Source: Methanobacteriota archaeon (GTDB taxonomy: Archaea > Thermoplasmatota > Poseidoniia > Poseidoniales > Thalassarchaeaceae). From it: a stretch of DNA of 28,758 bases. The notes below the pieces were generated by a model. The model did no database searches. It worked only from the letters and a program-made list of their open reading frames with translations, and was not told where the DNA came from. Where the stretch lies: positions 1 through 28,758 of the forward strand of contig PBWO01000055.1 of the NCBI GenBank assembly GCA_002727275.1, given 5' to 3'. Below, piece after piece: positions 1-8,954 of this stretch. Each line of letters starts with the position of its first letter. Positions within the stretch are counted from its first letter, which is position 1. Made by a program: the position numbers and the translations under genes.

Positions 1-85
1 GGGTATTCGCATTCTACCTGTCTAGGATCTCGATGAGAATCGAGAAGAGTCTTGGACTGGTTAGAGAAGGAGGGGGAGAAGTAGC

Positions 86-832
86 ATGAGTGAAGAAGAG
101 ATGATTATTGAGACAAAGGGAGTGAAAGTGAACTTCGGTGACTTTTGGGCATTGAAGGGCATTGACATCAGCATCAAGAAAGGAGAGATAGTCGTAATCC
201 TAGGTCCATCCGGATCGGGTAAGTCGACCTACATCAGGACCCTGAATAGACTTCAGCCGCACAGCGGCGGCACAGTCGTGATTGATGGAATCACAATTGA
301 TGACGAGACCACAGTGGCCGACATGAAGTATGTCAGAGCAGAAATCGGCTTCGTTTTCCAGCAGTTCAACCTCTTCCCTCACCTGACCATAATGGAGAAC
401 ATCACCCTCGCTCCAATGAAGGTCAAGGGGTTGCCCAAGAGACAGGCAGAAGAAAAGGCAATGCAACTTCTAGAGAAGGTCGGAATTCCCGAGCAGGCCT
501 ACAAGTACCCGAGCGGGCTTTCCGGAGGCCAACAGCAGAGAGTAGCCATTGCTCGTGCACTAGCCATGGACCCGAAGATAATGCTATTTGACGAGCCTAC
601 TTCGGCCCTAGACCCAGAAATGATCAAAGAAGTTCTGGATGTAATGATTGAGCTTGCAGAGGAAGATGTCACGATGATTGTTGTGACTCACGAGATGGGC
701 TTCGCCAAAGAGGTCGCAGACAGGTGCATTCTGTTCGATGAGGGGGAACTGGTGGAGCAGAATACTCCCGAGGAGTTCTTTACCAATCCCAAGCACAAGA
801 GGACCAAGCTGTTCCTTGAGCAGATTCTGTAA
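86..832 (+). CDS. ABC transporter ATP-binding protein, polar amino acid uptake family (GlnQ/ArtP/HisP-like)
   Basis: Walker [13 protein letters not shown] signature [15 protein letters not shown] and Walker [22 protein letters not shown] Shine-Dalgarno sits 8-10 nt upstream of the ATG. The partner permease and binding protein are probably upstream of the window. Confidence 0.9.
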   Translation: MSEEEMIIETKGVKVNFGDFWALKGIDISIKKGEIVVILGPSGSGKSTYIRTLNRLQPHSGGTVVIDGITIDDETTVADMKYVRAEIGFVFQQFNLFPHLTIMENITLAPMKVKGLPKRQAEEKAMQLLEKVGIPEQAYKYPSGLSGGQQQRVAIARALAMDPKIMLFDEPTSALDPEMIKEVLDVMIELAEEDVTMIVVTHEMGFAKEVADRCILFDEGELVEQNTPEEFFTNPKHKRTKLFLEQIL

Positions 833-894
833 CCGGCATATTGGCCCCAATTTCTGCCGTTACCGCTTTGAACCGCAGGTAAGGCCGAAAAGAC

Positions 895-1770
895 GTGAGT
901 TGCTTAGATGACCTACCTAACAACATCGAACCGACCTATGGGTGCGCATCTGAGATAATCGCGACGGGCCCCGTCTCCGCACTACTCGTCCTCGTAATTG
1001 GAATCCCTCTGATTGGGGTTGTCAAGAGGTACCTGAGGAGACTCTTCAACAGGACCGATTTTGATGTGGGACTTGAGAATTTCATGTACAAGATTTCAGG
1101 TGTGGCCCTGTGGGCCATCGTCATCCTGACGGCAGCAGACGAGTTGGGGATCAACGTCACGGGGATAGTTGTCGGGCTCGGCTTTGTCGGACTCGCAGTC
1201 GCCTTCGCCGCTCAGGACACAGTGGAGAACATGATCGCCGGGGTTTTCATCATCATCGACAGACCATTCAGAGAGGGTGAGCGGATACTGCTGCCGAAGA
1301 AACTGGGGGGAATCTACAGCAGTTGGGGCGACGTAGTTGAGATCGGCCTCAGGACGACAAGCGTACGCTCCACCGACGGCGTCTTACTGACGATTCCGAA
1401 CAAGTTGCTCACCAATGACGCGGTGGCCAACTTCAGCCAAAGCGAGCTCAGGGTCAGGGTACGACTCGGGTTGACGGCCACGTGGAACAATGTCACCAAG
1501 GCCGAGGAGATAGTGAAGGACATCGCGAATAACAATCCCGACATCTCACAGGAGCCGAAGCCCCCCCAGGTCGTTCTGAGGGACTTCGGTGATCAGGAGG
1601 TCATCATGGAGATCCGCTACTACGTCGATAGCGCGCGCAAAATGAGGTCATCGAAGTCCTACTTCGTAACCGAGATCCTCAGGCGGTTCGAGGAGCAGAA
1701 GGTAACTCTCGCCTACCCTGTCAGAGTCAACATGAACAGCGACGTCGACTTGGACGAACTCGGCTTCTAG
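895..1770 (+). CDS. Small-conductance mechanosensitive channel (MscS family)
   Basis: Three N-terminal TM helices. The pore-helix region GLGFVGLAVAFAAQDTVENMIAGVFIIIDRPFREGERI is typical of MscS, and a cytoplasmic beta domain follows. The ORF track gives a GTG start at 895; the exact start is uncertain. Confidence 0.85.
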   Translation: MSCLDDLPNNIEPTYGCASEIIATGPVSALLVLVIGIPLIGVVKRYLRRLFNRTDFDVGLENFMYKISGVALWAIVILTAADELGINVTGIVVGLGFVGLAVAFAAQDTVENMIAGVFIIIDRPFREGERILLPKKLGGIYSSWGDVVEIGLRTTSVRSTDGVLLTIPNKLLTNDAVANFSQSELRVRVRLGLTATWNNVTKAEEIVKDIANNNPDISQEPKPPQVVLRDFGDQEVIMEIRYYVDSARKMRSSKSYFVTEILRRFEEQKVTLAYPVRVNMNSDVDLDELGF

Positions 1771-2654
1771 TAGTCAATCCAGTGTGCTACGCCGTCGTGT
1801 ATAGTTCGGCGGAAAGTGAGCAGAGTCAACTCTGGCCCATTCAGGGCTACGGTCACCTTCGCCCCTCTAGTGAAGTGAGTCTCGTCCCAACCATCGCCGA
1901 CGATATATCCACGATGCATATCGCTAGTAATCACAGTCGGCTCACCTGTCCACTCCCAGTATGAACCATCATCAAACCGTTCACTTCTGGGTAGATCTCT
2001 AGCTGCAAACAGATATCTCGAACTCAACTCATCAACGGAGAATTGCGTACCCTCGATATCGACAACGTGCCTGAACCATGCACCTTGTCCTAGTAAGGTG
2101 GAGAACAAGCACCCAGAAGAGCGCTGAATCACATCTATCGCATCTGCATTCGAACCTCTTTGGAGTCTGTAGCGCGAAGGCTGGTACTGGTGAGTGTTTG
2201 CGATGATGAGGTCGTTGAGTGCTGGATCAGAGAGAATCTTCTTTCCACTAGTCGTAATTATCTCGGCCTGGAGTCGAGGGAGTATGTTGACAATCGCTTC
2301 GCCATTTAGTGCTGCTAAGACATCTTCTCCGAAGCTATCCGGATCACTCCCCATGTAGAATCCATACGACCCATCTTCATCGTCATCCTGAGGGTGGCTG
2401 TTGACTCCCATAACTGGAATATCGCTTCCAATCGAGTGGGCAATAGATGTCAATGTACCATCGCCGCCTAGGATAACTGCGAGGTCCCTATCCACGAAGT
2501 CATCACTGGTAACCGTCTCTCTAACCTTGTATTCGACGGCAACTTCTCCCTTATCGGACAAATGGTCCAAATTGGCCTTGACCTCGAGCAATGCTTCGTC
2601 ATGAACTTCCTCGAAGTTCTTCTTGAAGACGACCAGGACCTTCTTGGCAGCCAT
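1767..2654 (-). CDS. nadK: NAD(+) kinase
   Basis: GGDGT motif (AVILGGDGTLTS) in the expected position and length typical of NAD kinase. I chose the ATG at 2654 (MAAKKVLVVF...); the ORF track starts at a GTG at 2660. The stop overlaps the mscS stop in a convergent 4-bp CTAG. Confidence 0.75.
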   Translation of the reverse strand: MAAKKVLVVFKKNFEEVHDEALLEVKANLDHLSDKGEVAVEYKVRETVTSDDFVDRDLAVILGGDGTLTSIAHSIGSDIPVMGVNSHPQDDDEDGSYGFYMGSDPDSFGEDVLAALNGEAIVNILPRLQAEIITTSGKKILSDPALNDLIIANTHQYQPSRYRLQRGSNADAIDVIQRSSGCLFSTLLGQGAWFRHVVDIEGTQFSVDELSSRYLFAARDLPRSERFDDGSYWEWTGEPTVITSDMHRGYIVGDGWDETHFTRGAKVTVALNGPELTLLTFRRTIHDGVAHWIDY

Positions 2655-2684
2655 GCTCACCCTCCAGCATACGGCGCTAGTGTC

Positions 2685-2701
2685 CGTCCCATATAGGGAC
2701 G
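2685..2701. promoter_or_regulatory. Palindrome CGTCCC-ATATA-GGGACG in the divergent nadK/lipoprotein intergenic region; the ATATA core may be the nadK TATA box
   Basis: Perfect 6-bp inverted arms around an AT core. It sits ~30-40 bp upstream of the nadK start on the minus strand, consistent with a leaderless archaeal promoter, and 75 bp upstream of the lipoprotein ATG. Confidence 0.3.
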
Positions 2702-2774
2702 ACGCAACACAGAACTGTACGTCGGATGACGGTTAGGCGTGAAACTCATGACTCATGGGTAATCCCGGGGTGTT

Positions 2775-3839
2775 ATGAGGGCCGCCACTTTGGTTGCGTT
2801 GCTAATGCTCAGCACAGCGATTTCCGGTTGCCTCAATGTATCTGAAGAGGGGTGCGATGGTGACGAATGCTTCCCATTGGAGCCAAGTGCACTGTCCGAC
2901 CTCCTTTCTTCGCCCGATGCTTTCGATGTCCTAGTCCTAGCTGGAAAAAATGACAGACTCAGAATCGAGACTACAACGACATACGAGAATCAGGGTCAGT
3001 TCGGTGAAGTTCGCTGGAATGTGGCCAAGAATGACTCCTCTCAATTGAATTCTATCGCGATTAGGGTGACGATAGGCACTACAACCACGGACAACGAGGT
3101 TATACAAGGCCAGTCAACGACCAACATCAGAATCGGAGGGAGTTGGTATGAGGGCAGAGATGAGGTGCCCGAGTATTCCGACCCGTTCATCGATTTAGCA
3201 CAACACGCTACTCAACAATCGGACGGATTCTTGCCCCCTTTTGCATTTGATACATCTGCCTTGGCTGATCTGGAGTGGTCAATCTCGGGCGATCCGACTT
3301 CCACTCAACAGATAGCCACGGCTAACAATGATACTCATACAATCATCATTGAATTGATGGGTACACCGCCAATGATTACTGGGATAGAGACCTATTCAGG
3401 AGATGATAACACATTCGTTCTAAGAGTCACAACTGGCGACTCAGTCTCGATAGAATTGCAAGAGGGACTGCCCCGAATTCCTGTCGAATACAGCATCGAT
3501 TCTCAACCGATACAAGTGGACGACACCACAGTTTGGTACGGTGAAGTTCCCGAAGGAATGTCCACAGAAATCGACCCCTCTCAATTGGAGTTTCATGGCA
3601 TAGTGACAGAAGACGGAGAATCTTCTTCTGTGGCGATGATGACTGTAAATCAACAATCATCCAACGTCACTCTTGATGATGGTACTTGGTGGGAGTTCAA
3701 TTGGCTAGATTTCCCGATGCCGGGATACTTCTCACCCGGAGACTTGTATCAAATCAAGACCAACTCAACTGGCGAATTACATGTAGCAATATTCGATACT
3801 TGGGCCCAGCAATGGACTAGTGGCCCCTTGCTAGAATGA
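2775..3839 (+). CDS. Secreted/lipid-anchored acidic Ser/Thr-rich protein (hypothetical lipoprotein)
   Basis: N-terminal signal with a lipobox-like LSTAISGC. Very acidic and Ser/Thr-rich, with many N-x-S/T sequons. Contains an internal duplicated motif R[IV]xx-TTTT-xx...GQ. I know of no homologous family. Confidence 0.6.
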   Translation: MRAATLVALLMLSTAISGCLNVSEEGCDGDECFPLEPSALSDLLSSPDAFDVLVLAGKNDRLRIETTTTYENQGQFGEVRWNVAKNDSSQLNSIAIRVTIGTTTTDNEVIQGQSTTNIRIGGSWYEGRDEVPEYSDPFIDLAQHATQQSDGFLPPFAFDTSALADLEWSISGDPTSTQQIATANNDTHTIIIELMGTPPMITGIETYSGDDNTFVLRVTTGDSVSIELQEGLPRIPVEYSIDSQPIQVDDTTVWYGEVPEGMSTEIDPSQLEFHGIVTEDGESSSVAMMTVNQQSSNVTLDDGTWWEFNWLDFPMPGYFSPGDLYQIKTNSTGELHVAIFDTWAQQWTSGPLLE

Positions 3840-3881
3840 ATGCATGAGTATCTTCAAACACTCCTGTCATGACGCTTAGTC

Positions 3882-5651
3882 ATGGATGGGGGCAGACATC
3901 CTCTGATGAGGCTGCTAGAGCACCTCAAAGAACACAGGGCTACAGTTCTGCTGGCTTCGTTTTGTTCAATCATCAACAAGGTATGGGATCTAGCCCCACC
4001 GGTTCTCATCGGGATGGCAATCGATGTGGTCGCAGCGCAAGAGGATTCCTTCTTGGCCCAGTTCGGTTACTCTGATGTCTACGACCAACTATACATCCTC
4101 ACTGGAATCACGGTTGTGATATGGGTCCTTGAATCTCTTTTCCAATACTTCTACGCGGTTTTATGGAGAAATCTGGCGCAGACAGCTCAGCATGAGCTCA
4201 GGATGTCTGCTTACACGCATATCCAAGACCTAGAGATGCAGTGGTTCTCCGAACAGCCCACAGGCAGCCTGATGGCAATCATGAATGATGATGTGAATCA
4301 GCTCGAACGGTTCCTCGACCAAGGCGCTACCGACTTGCTACATGTGGCGACCACAATCATCGTCGTGGGCGCAATCATGATCTCGGTTGCTCCTGAGGTA
4401 GCGTTGCTGGCCATCCTGCCTGTTCCAATAATTGTCACAGGTTCATTCATCTATCAACGTAGAATAGGAGTAAGATACAGTAAGGTTAGGGGCAAGGTAG
4501 CCGATTTGAATTCGCTTCTTAACAACAATCTGCATGGGATTACTACAATCAAGTCGTTTACAGCAGAGCAGCGCGAGGTCGACAGGGTCGAAGAGGCATC
4601 GACTTCCTACAGAGATGCCAACAGAGAGGCAATCCGACTCTCTGCCTCATTCGTACCTATTATCAGAATGGCAATCCTGTTTGCTTTCACGGCCAACATG
4701 CTAGTTGGAGGTTGGTTTGCCTTAGATGGGAAAATCAGCCTCGGCGCATACTCTGTGATTGTGTTCATCACCCAGAGGTTGCTCTGGCCGCTCACAAGAC
4801 TGGGTGAGACGTTTGATCTCTACCAGCGTGCTATGGCTTCTACTTCCAGAGTTCTTGATCTGCTCGACACAGAGATTGGGATTGTAGAAGGAGATACACA
4901 GTTAGAACAGGTCAAAGGTGAAATCAGTTTCAACGGTATTGGTTTCTCTTATCCAGATAGAGAGACTGTACTGGATGAGGTTAATCTGACAATTCCAGCC
5001 GGAGAGACGATGGGTCTAGTCGGCTCGACCGGTTCGGGAAAGACCACACTGGTCAGGCTGCTGCTGAGGTTCCACGACCCAGACTCGGGCTCAGTTTCTC
5101 TCGACGGACAGGATGTCAGAAACCTCACACTGAAATCTCTCAGAGGCTCAGTCTCACTAGTCAGTCAGACCACCACTCTATTCCCTGGAAGTGTGCGTGA
5201 CAACATTCTGTACGGCGACCCTTCAGCAGACGAGGAGGCAGTTGTCGAAGCCGCCAGAGTTGCAGAAGCACTACCCTTCATCGAGAGCCTACCTATGGGA
5301 TGGGAAACCGACATTGGAGAGGGCGGACACCGGCTCTCCGGCGGCCAACGACAGAGGATAGCAATTGCTAGAGCAGTACTCAAGGATGCACCCGTACTAG
5401 TGCTAGATGAAGCCACCAGCAATGTCGACAATGAGACCGAGGCGGCATTGAAACGCTCGATTGAGAAGATTTCAGTGGGTAGGACGACTCTGATTATCGC
5501 ACATCGCCTTTCCACAGTCAGGAATGCCGACACCATCGCAGTCCTAGGAAATGGCTCAATTTCAGAGACCGGCACACATGAGGAACTACTCGGTGGCAAC
5601 GGGCTATATCCGAGGCTCTGGGCGGTTCAGACCGGGGAGGTCACACAATGA
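3882..5651 (+). CDS. ABC exporter, fused transmembrane and ATP-binding domains (ABCB/MsbA-like)
   Basis: Six-TM N-terminal domain followed by Walker A GSTGSGKTT, signature LSGGQRQRIAIARA and Walker B VLVLDEATSNVD. Confidence 0.9.
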   Translation: MDGGRHPLMRLLEHLKEHRATVLLASFCSIINKVWDLAPPVLIGMAIDVVAAQEDSFLAQFGYSDVYDQLYILTGITVVIWVLESLFQYFYAVLWRNLAQTAQHELRMSAYTHIQDLEMQWFSEQPTGSLMAIMNDDVNQLERFLDQGATDLLHVATTIIVVGAIMISVAPEVALLAILPVPIIVTGSFIYQRRIGVRYSKVRGKVADLNSLLNNNLHGITTIKSFTAEQREVDRVEEASTSYRDANREAIRLSASFVPIIRMAILFAFTANMLVGGWFALDGKISLGAYSVIVFITQRLLWPLTRLGETFDLYQRAMASTSRVLDLLDTEIGIVEGDTQLEQVKGEISFNGIGFSYPDRETVLDEVNLTIPAGETMGLVGSTGSGKTTLVRLLLRFHDPDSGSVSLDGQDVRNLTLKSLRGSVSLVSQTTTLFPGSVRDNILYGDPSADEEAVVEAARVAEALPFIESLPMGWETDIGEGGHRLSGGQRQRIAIARAVLKDAPVLVLDEATSNVDNETEAALKRSIEKISVGRTTLIIAHRLSTVRNADTIAVLGNGSISETGTHEELLGGNGLYPRLWAVQTGEVTQ

Positions 5652-6067
5652 GTTCAGAGAGAGGTTTGCCTAGGCTTACTGGCTTAGCTCAGACTATCGG
5701 GTTTGAGATTACTGAGTTCAAAGAAGGCAGTTGTGTCGTCGAATGTACGATTCGTGATGACCATCTGAATATGGGCGGAGTGGCTCACGGAGGAATCCAC
5801 GCAACTCTGCTGGACTCGGCTATGGGTGGCACGCTGGTCTCGACTCTCGCAAAGGAGGAGTGGTGCGCAACCGCACAAATCGATATTTCATATCTCAACT
5901 CAGTAGGAGTGGGGGAGAGGCTGATCGCTTCGGGAGGAGTGGCCCGTAGAGGCAGGAACCTAGCTCACATGGAAGGAAAGTTGGTGACCTCTGAGGGAAC
6001 CATCGTCGCCACCGCGAAAGGGACATGGGCAATCTGGGAGACTAGGCCGAGTAGCCAGAATAGATGA
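5648..6067 (+). CDS. PaaI/YbgC-type hotdog-fold acyl-CoA thioesterase
   Basis: HGG motif region GGVAHGGIHATLLDSAMG and the ~140 aa size match the 4HBT/PaaI family. The start overlaps the ABC exporter stop in an ATGA. Confidence 0.8.
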   Translation: MSSERGLPRLTGLAQTIGFEITEFKEGSCVVECTIRDDHLNMGGVAHGGIHATLLDSAMGGTLVSTLAKEEWCATAQIDISYLNSVGVGERLIASGGVARRGRNLAHMEGKLVTSEGTIVATAKGTWAIWETRPSSQNR

Positions 6068-6462
6068 GAAGCTCTGCCGGGAACAGATTAATCCGCTACC
6101 CTATCTTCGCGTTAATCATGGCGAGGTCCGATTCCGCCCTATTTTTCCTAGCTGGTTTCACTCAACTGCTCATTGGCTCAGAGTTGGCCTCCATCGACCC
6201 CGCTCTGGCAATTTTAGGGGCAGTATTGGAAGTAACAGGAGGAAGCTCAGTACTGGTGGGAATCTACTTACTATTTTTCGTTGCTAGACATCATAAGGAG
6301 TTCACAGAGTCTTACAACAAACTCGAGAGGGCCACAATGGTTAGAGGAGATTCTGGAAGATTACAGCGTGTGGATCCCCTTCCAGTAAAAAGAACAGTGA
6401 CTAATGTTGTCATTCCTGGAATTCTGGCATTCATTGCAGCCATGGCATGGCTTGTCAACTAG
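6064..6462 (+). CDS. Hypothetical membrane protein (about 3 TM)
   Basis: ATGA overlap with the thioesterase stop, which suggests translational coupling. Hydrophobic helices present. No family recognised. Confidence 0.5.
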   Translation: MRSSAGNRLIRYPIFALIMARSDSALFFLAGFTQLLIGSELASIDPALAILGAVLEVTGGSSVLVGIYLLFFVARHHKEFTESYNKLERATMVRGDSGRLQRVDPLPVKRTVTNVVIPGILAFIAAMAWLVN

Positions 6463-6472
6463 CAGGTGAGAC

Positions 6473-6742
6473 ATGAGCAAGCCCAAGGAGGGCCTTGACG
6501 AGATGGTCGACCGTGTAATCGACAACCCTGCGTATGACATGTTCGGAGGGTACCACATATTCCTGAGGAGAGTGACAATCCCCATTCTCCTGATTCTAGT
6601 TTTCATGATGGTGTATGATTTCCTACTGAAGTTCATTTCTGATGATCCAGCGCTAATTCTGTCTGCACTGATTACCGGTCTTTCTGTTGGCCCAATTTTG
6701 GGCATAGAGCGTTATTTCGCAGAGAGATGGAACGGAAAATGA
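6473..6742 (+). CDS. Hypothetical small membrane protein (2 TM)
   Basis: Short ORF lying 10 bp after the previous gene on the same strand, with two hydrophobic segments. Confidence 0.45.
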   Translation: MSKPKEGLDEMVDRVIDNPAYDMFGGYHIFLRRVTIPILLILVFMMVYDFLLKFISDDPALILSALITGLSVGPILGIERYFAERWNGK

Positions 6743-6803
6743 GCGATTCCCCACTTATTGGTCGCCGAATGGGTAAAGTGGGGATGCCCTCGTTGGAGAA
6801 ACA

Positions 6804-7406
6804 ATGAGTATACTGGACGACTTCGATATCTTCGAATTACTTGGCTTTGGGGATGCCACAGGTCTTGAGATGATTTTTGCTGCTTCGGCCCTAGTTGGCG
6901 GAGTACTTTTCCTGCTTTGGTTCGCATTGATGATGATTGGGGGCGTGGCTGCAGATATCTTCGAAGGACTTCTTGGAATGGAAGGAGTTGGGGATCTCGG
7001 TGCTGACGCCTCGTTCAAGGCTCTGACATTCCAAGGACTAATGGCATTCCTGATGTTCTTCGGTCTGGCAGGACTCTACACAATGAAGGCCACAGACACA
7101 TCCACTATTGCAATCGGAGTCGGTGGAGCTGCCGGTTTTGCTTCTATGTGGGGAACTGGAAAACTGTTCCAGTTGTTCATCACTCTGCAATCCGATGGTA
7201 CTGTTGAGATTTCTGAGGCTGTCGGCGCTAACGGAACCGTCTACCTGAGAATTCCACATGATGGTGCAGGACAGGTCCAAGTCAACTTCGGAGGCAGTCT
7301 TCGAACCATGAATGCCAAGTCTCATGACGATGCGGAAATCGGTAATGGAGAATTCATTGAAGTCGTTGACACCATGGGCGATGTACTGATTGTAAAGCGA
7401 CAGTAA
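6804..7406 (+). CDS. NfeD-family membrane protein (short form, flotillin-associated)
   Basis: N-terminal TM helices plus a C-terminal beta-rich OB-fold-like tail (GTVYLRIPHDGAGQVQVNFGG...GEFIEVVDTMGDVLIVKR). It lies immediately upstream of a flotillin gene, the conserved NfeD-SPFH arrangement. Confidence 0.7.
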   Translation: MSILDDFDIFELLGFGDATGLEMIFAASALVGGVLFLLWFALMMIGGVAADIFEGLLGMEGVGDLGADASFKALTFQGLMAFLMFFGLAGLYTMKATDTSTIAIGVGGAAGFASMWGTGKLFQLFITLQSDGTVEISEAVGANGTVYLRIPHDGAGQVQVNFGGSLRTMNAKSHDDAEIGNGEFIEVVDTMGDVLIVKRQ

Positions 7407-7453
7407 TCACGTTACTTACGAATTACTTTCGATAGTGTGCAGGGAAAGCCTTC

Positions 7454-7999
7454 ATGACCTCACCGGCCCTCTTAGGGGCAGAGGCGAAGCATATGGCTGA
7501 AACCGGAGCACTACTAACGACGATGATATTTGCAACTGTACTGGTACTAGTGGCGGTGACAATTTTCTTTGCACAGCGCTACAAGAGGTGCCCTCCCGAC
7601 AAGGTGATGGTTATCTACGGCCGTACAGATAAGGGCCGTCCTTCTAGGACGATTCACGGTGGTGCAGCATTAGTCTGGCCATTGATTCAGGATTACGCCT
7701 ATCTTCCTCTGACACCGATTACGATCAACATAGACCTCAGGAACGCCCTTTCCCTGCAGAATATCAGAATCAATGTTCCAAGCACTTTCACCATCGGCAT
7801 CAGCATCGAGGACAATATCATGCAGAACGCAGCTCAGAGGCTGCTTGGACTAAAAATGGAGGACATAGAGCAGATGGCCGAGGAGATTATCCTTGGTCAA
7901 CTACGTCTGACAGTCGCATCTCTTACTATCGAGCAGATCAACCAAGACAGAGACAACTTCCTCGAGAGAATCAACCACAACGTCGAGAAGGAACTTTAG
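7454..7999 (+). CDS. Flotillin (SPFH/band-7) N-terminal fragment, ending at an in-frame TAG
   Basis: TM helix followed by an SPFH domain. It ends ...INQDRDNFLERINHNVEKEL*. The next ORF is in the same frame and continues the flotillin homology. Confidence 0.8.
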   Translation: MTSPALLGAEAKHMAETGALLTTMIFATVLVLVAVTIFFAQRYKRCPPDKVMVIYGRTDKGRPSRTIHGGAALVWPLIQDYAYLPLTPITINIDLRNALSLQNIRINVPSTFTIGISIEDNIMQNAAQRLLGLKMEDIEQMAEEIILGQLRLTVASLTIEQINQDRDNFLERINHNVEKEL

Positions 8000-8023
8000 A
8001 AGGTAGGTCTACGTCTAATCAAC

Positions 8024-8902
8024 GTGAACATTGTCGACATTACTGACGACTCGGACTATATCGAGAGCATTGGTAAGAAGGCCGCAGCAACTGCAGTTGA
8101 GAACGCACGCGTCGACGTCGCAAACGCCGAGAGAGACGGTGCCATCGGCGCCGCACAGGCTGACAAGACTCGTGAGATCCAGGTCGCTGAGAACATGGCC
8201 GAGGCAGCAAAGGGACGCAAGGCGGCTGAGGCCGATCAGCGTGTATACGTCGAGAATCAGGAAGCTCTCGCAGTTTCCGGTGAGAACGTTGCCCAGGCCG
8301 AGATTGCTAATGCCAACGCAGACCTGAAGGAGGCAGAGGCTTCTGCAAAGCAGAGAGCAGATGTCGCTACTGCTGAGTCCGAGGCCGCCATCCAGCGTGC
8401 CTTTGCCGGCGAGGAGACAGAGCGCCTAAGGGCCAGCGAGATTGTTCGCGAAAACATCCAGAAGCAGCAAATTGAGATTGCTGCCGAAGCAGAGGCTGAA
8501 CGCCAGCGCCGCGTTGCTCGTGGTGAGGCTGATGCAATCCTTGCAGTGTATGAAGCCGAGGCTAAGGGTATCCAGCAAGTTCTGGATGCTAAGGCCCAAG
8601 GTTATCAGAATCTAGTCAACAGTGCTGCTGGCGACCCCAAGGCAGCAGCCACCCTGCTGATGGTAGAGAAGATTGAGAGCATGGTATCGGCACAGGTCGA
8701 GGCAATTCGTAACCTCAAGATCGACAAGGTTACGGTCTGGGACGGAGGTAACAACGCCGACGGCTCGTCTGCAACTAGCAACTTCGTCAGCAGCCTAGTC
8801 CAGAGCCTGCCACCTATTCACGATGTGGCCAAGATGGCAGGAGTAGACCTGCCTGACTACCTCGGCTCGATGGCCGAGGACACAGAAGAAGCTGGCGAGT
8901 AG
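8024..8902 (+). CDS. Flotillin C-terminal fragment (Ala/Glu-rich coiled coil), same frame as the upstream fragment
   Basis: Read in frame from 8000 the sequence is KVGLRLINVNIVDITDDSDYIESIGKK..., matching the conserved flotillin segment 'MGLEIVSFTIKDV.D.NGYLE.LGK' (recalled from memory). The EA-rich repeats are typical of a flotillin C-terminus. The ORF-track start at 8024 is a GTG and is probably not a real start. Confidence 0.75.
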   Translation: MNIVDITDDSDYIESIGKKAAATAVENARVDVANAERDGAIGAAQADKTREIQVAENMAEAAKGRKAAEADQRVYVENQEALAVSGENVAQAEIANANADLKEAEASAKQRADVATAESEAAIQRAFAGEETERLRASEIVRENIQKQQIEIAAEAEAERQRRVARGEADAILAVYEAEAKGIQQVLDAKAQGYQNLVNSAAGDPKAAATLLMVEKIESMVSAQVEAIRNLKIDKVTVWDGGNNADGSSATSNFVSSLVQSLPPIHDVAKMAGVDLPDYLGSMAEDTEEAGE

Positions 8903-8922
8903 ACTGTCCCTCCGGGACAGTC
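8902..8922 (+). other. GC-rich stem-loop (9-bp stem GACTGTCCC/GGGACAGTC, loop TCC) starting at the last base of the flotillin stop codon
   Basis: Perfect inverted repeat read directly from the sequence. No T-tract follows, so it is not a canonical archaeal terminator. Confidence 0.4.
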
Positions 8923-8954
8923 ACCCTCATGAGGCGGACTCGCTTGGCCATGCC

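Noticed and set aside
2747-2757. Palindromes CATGACTCATG (2747-2757) and CCTCATGAGG (8925-8934), both ~20 bp upstream of plus-strand ATGs, as a shared promoter motif
   Set aside because: The shared CTCATGA 7-mer also occurs inside coding sequence (for example ~7316) and is expected several times by chance in 2 x 28.7 kb. That is too weak to call a motif.
3869-4075. 68-aa ORF overlapping the 5' end of the ABC exporter in another frame
   Set aside because: It overlaps a well-supported gene and its Gly/Arg-rich translation is typical of an off-frame ORF.
7997-7999. Reading the in-frame TAG in the flotillin gene as pyrrolysine or a genome-wide amber reassignment
   Set aside because: TAG is used as the authentic terminator of several neighbouring, well-delimited genes (mscS with a TAG-TAG doublet, nadK, lysS, the second DUF2061 gene). 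No pyl genes are in the window. A point nonsense mutation or base-call error is more economical.
8031-8327. 98-aa Arg/Pro-rich ORF in an alternative frame inside the flotillin C-terminal region
   Set aside because: It is a typical shadow ORF from the alternate frame of an Ala/Glu-rich coiled-coil coding sequence. It has no start context and overlaps a gene with clear homology.
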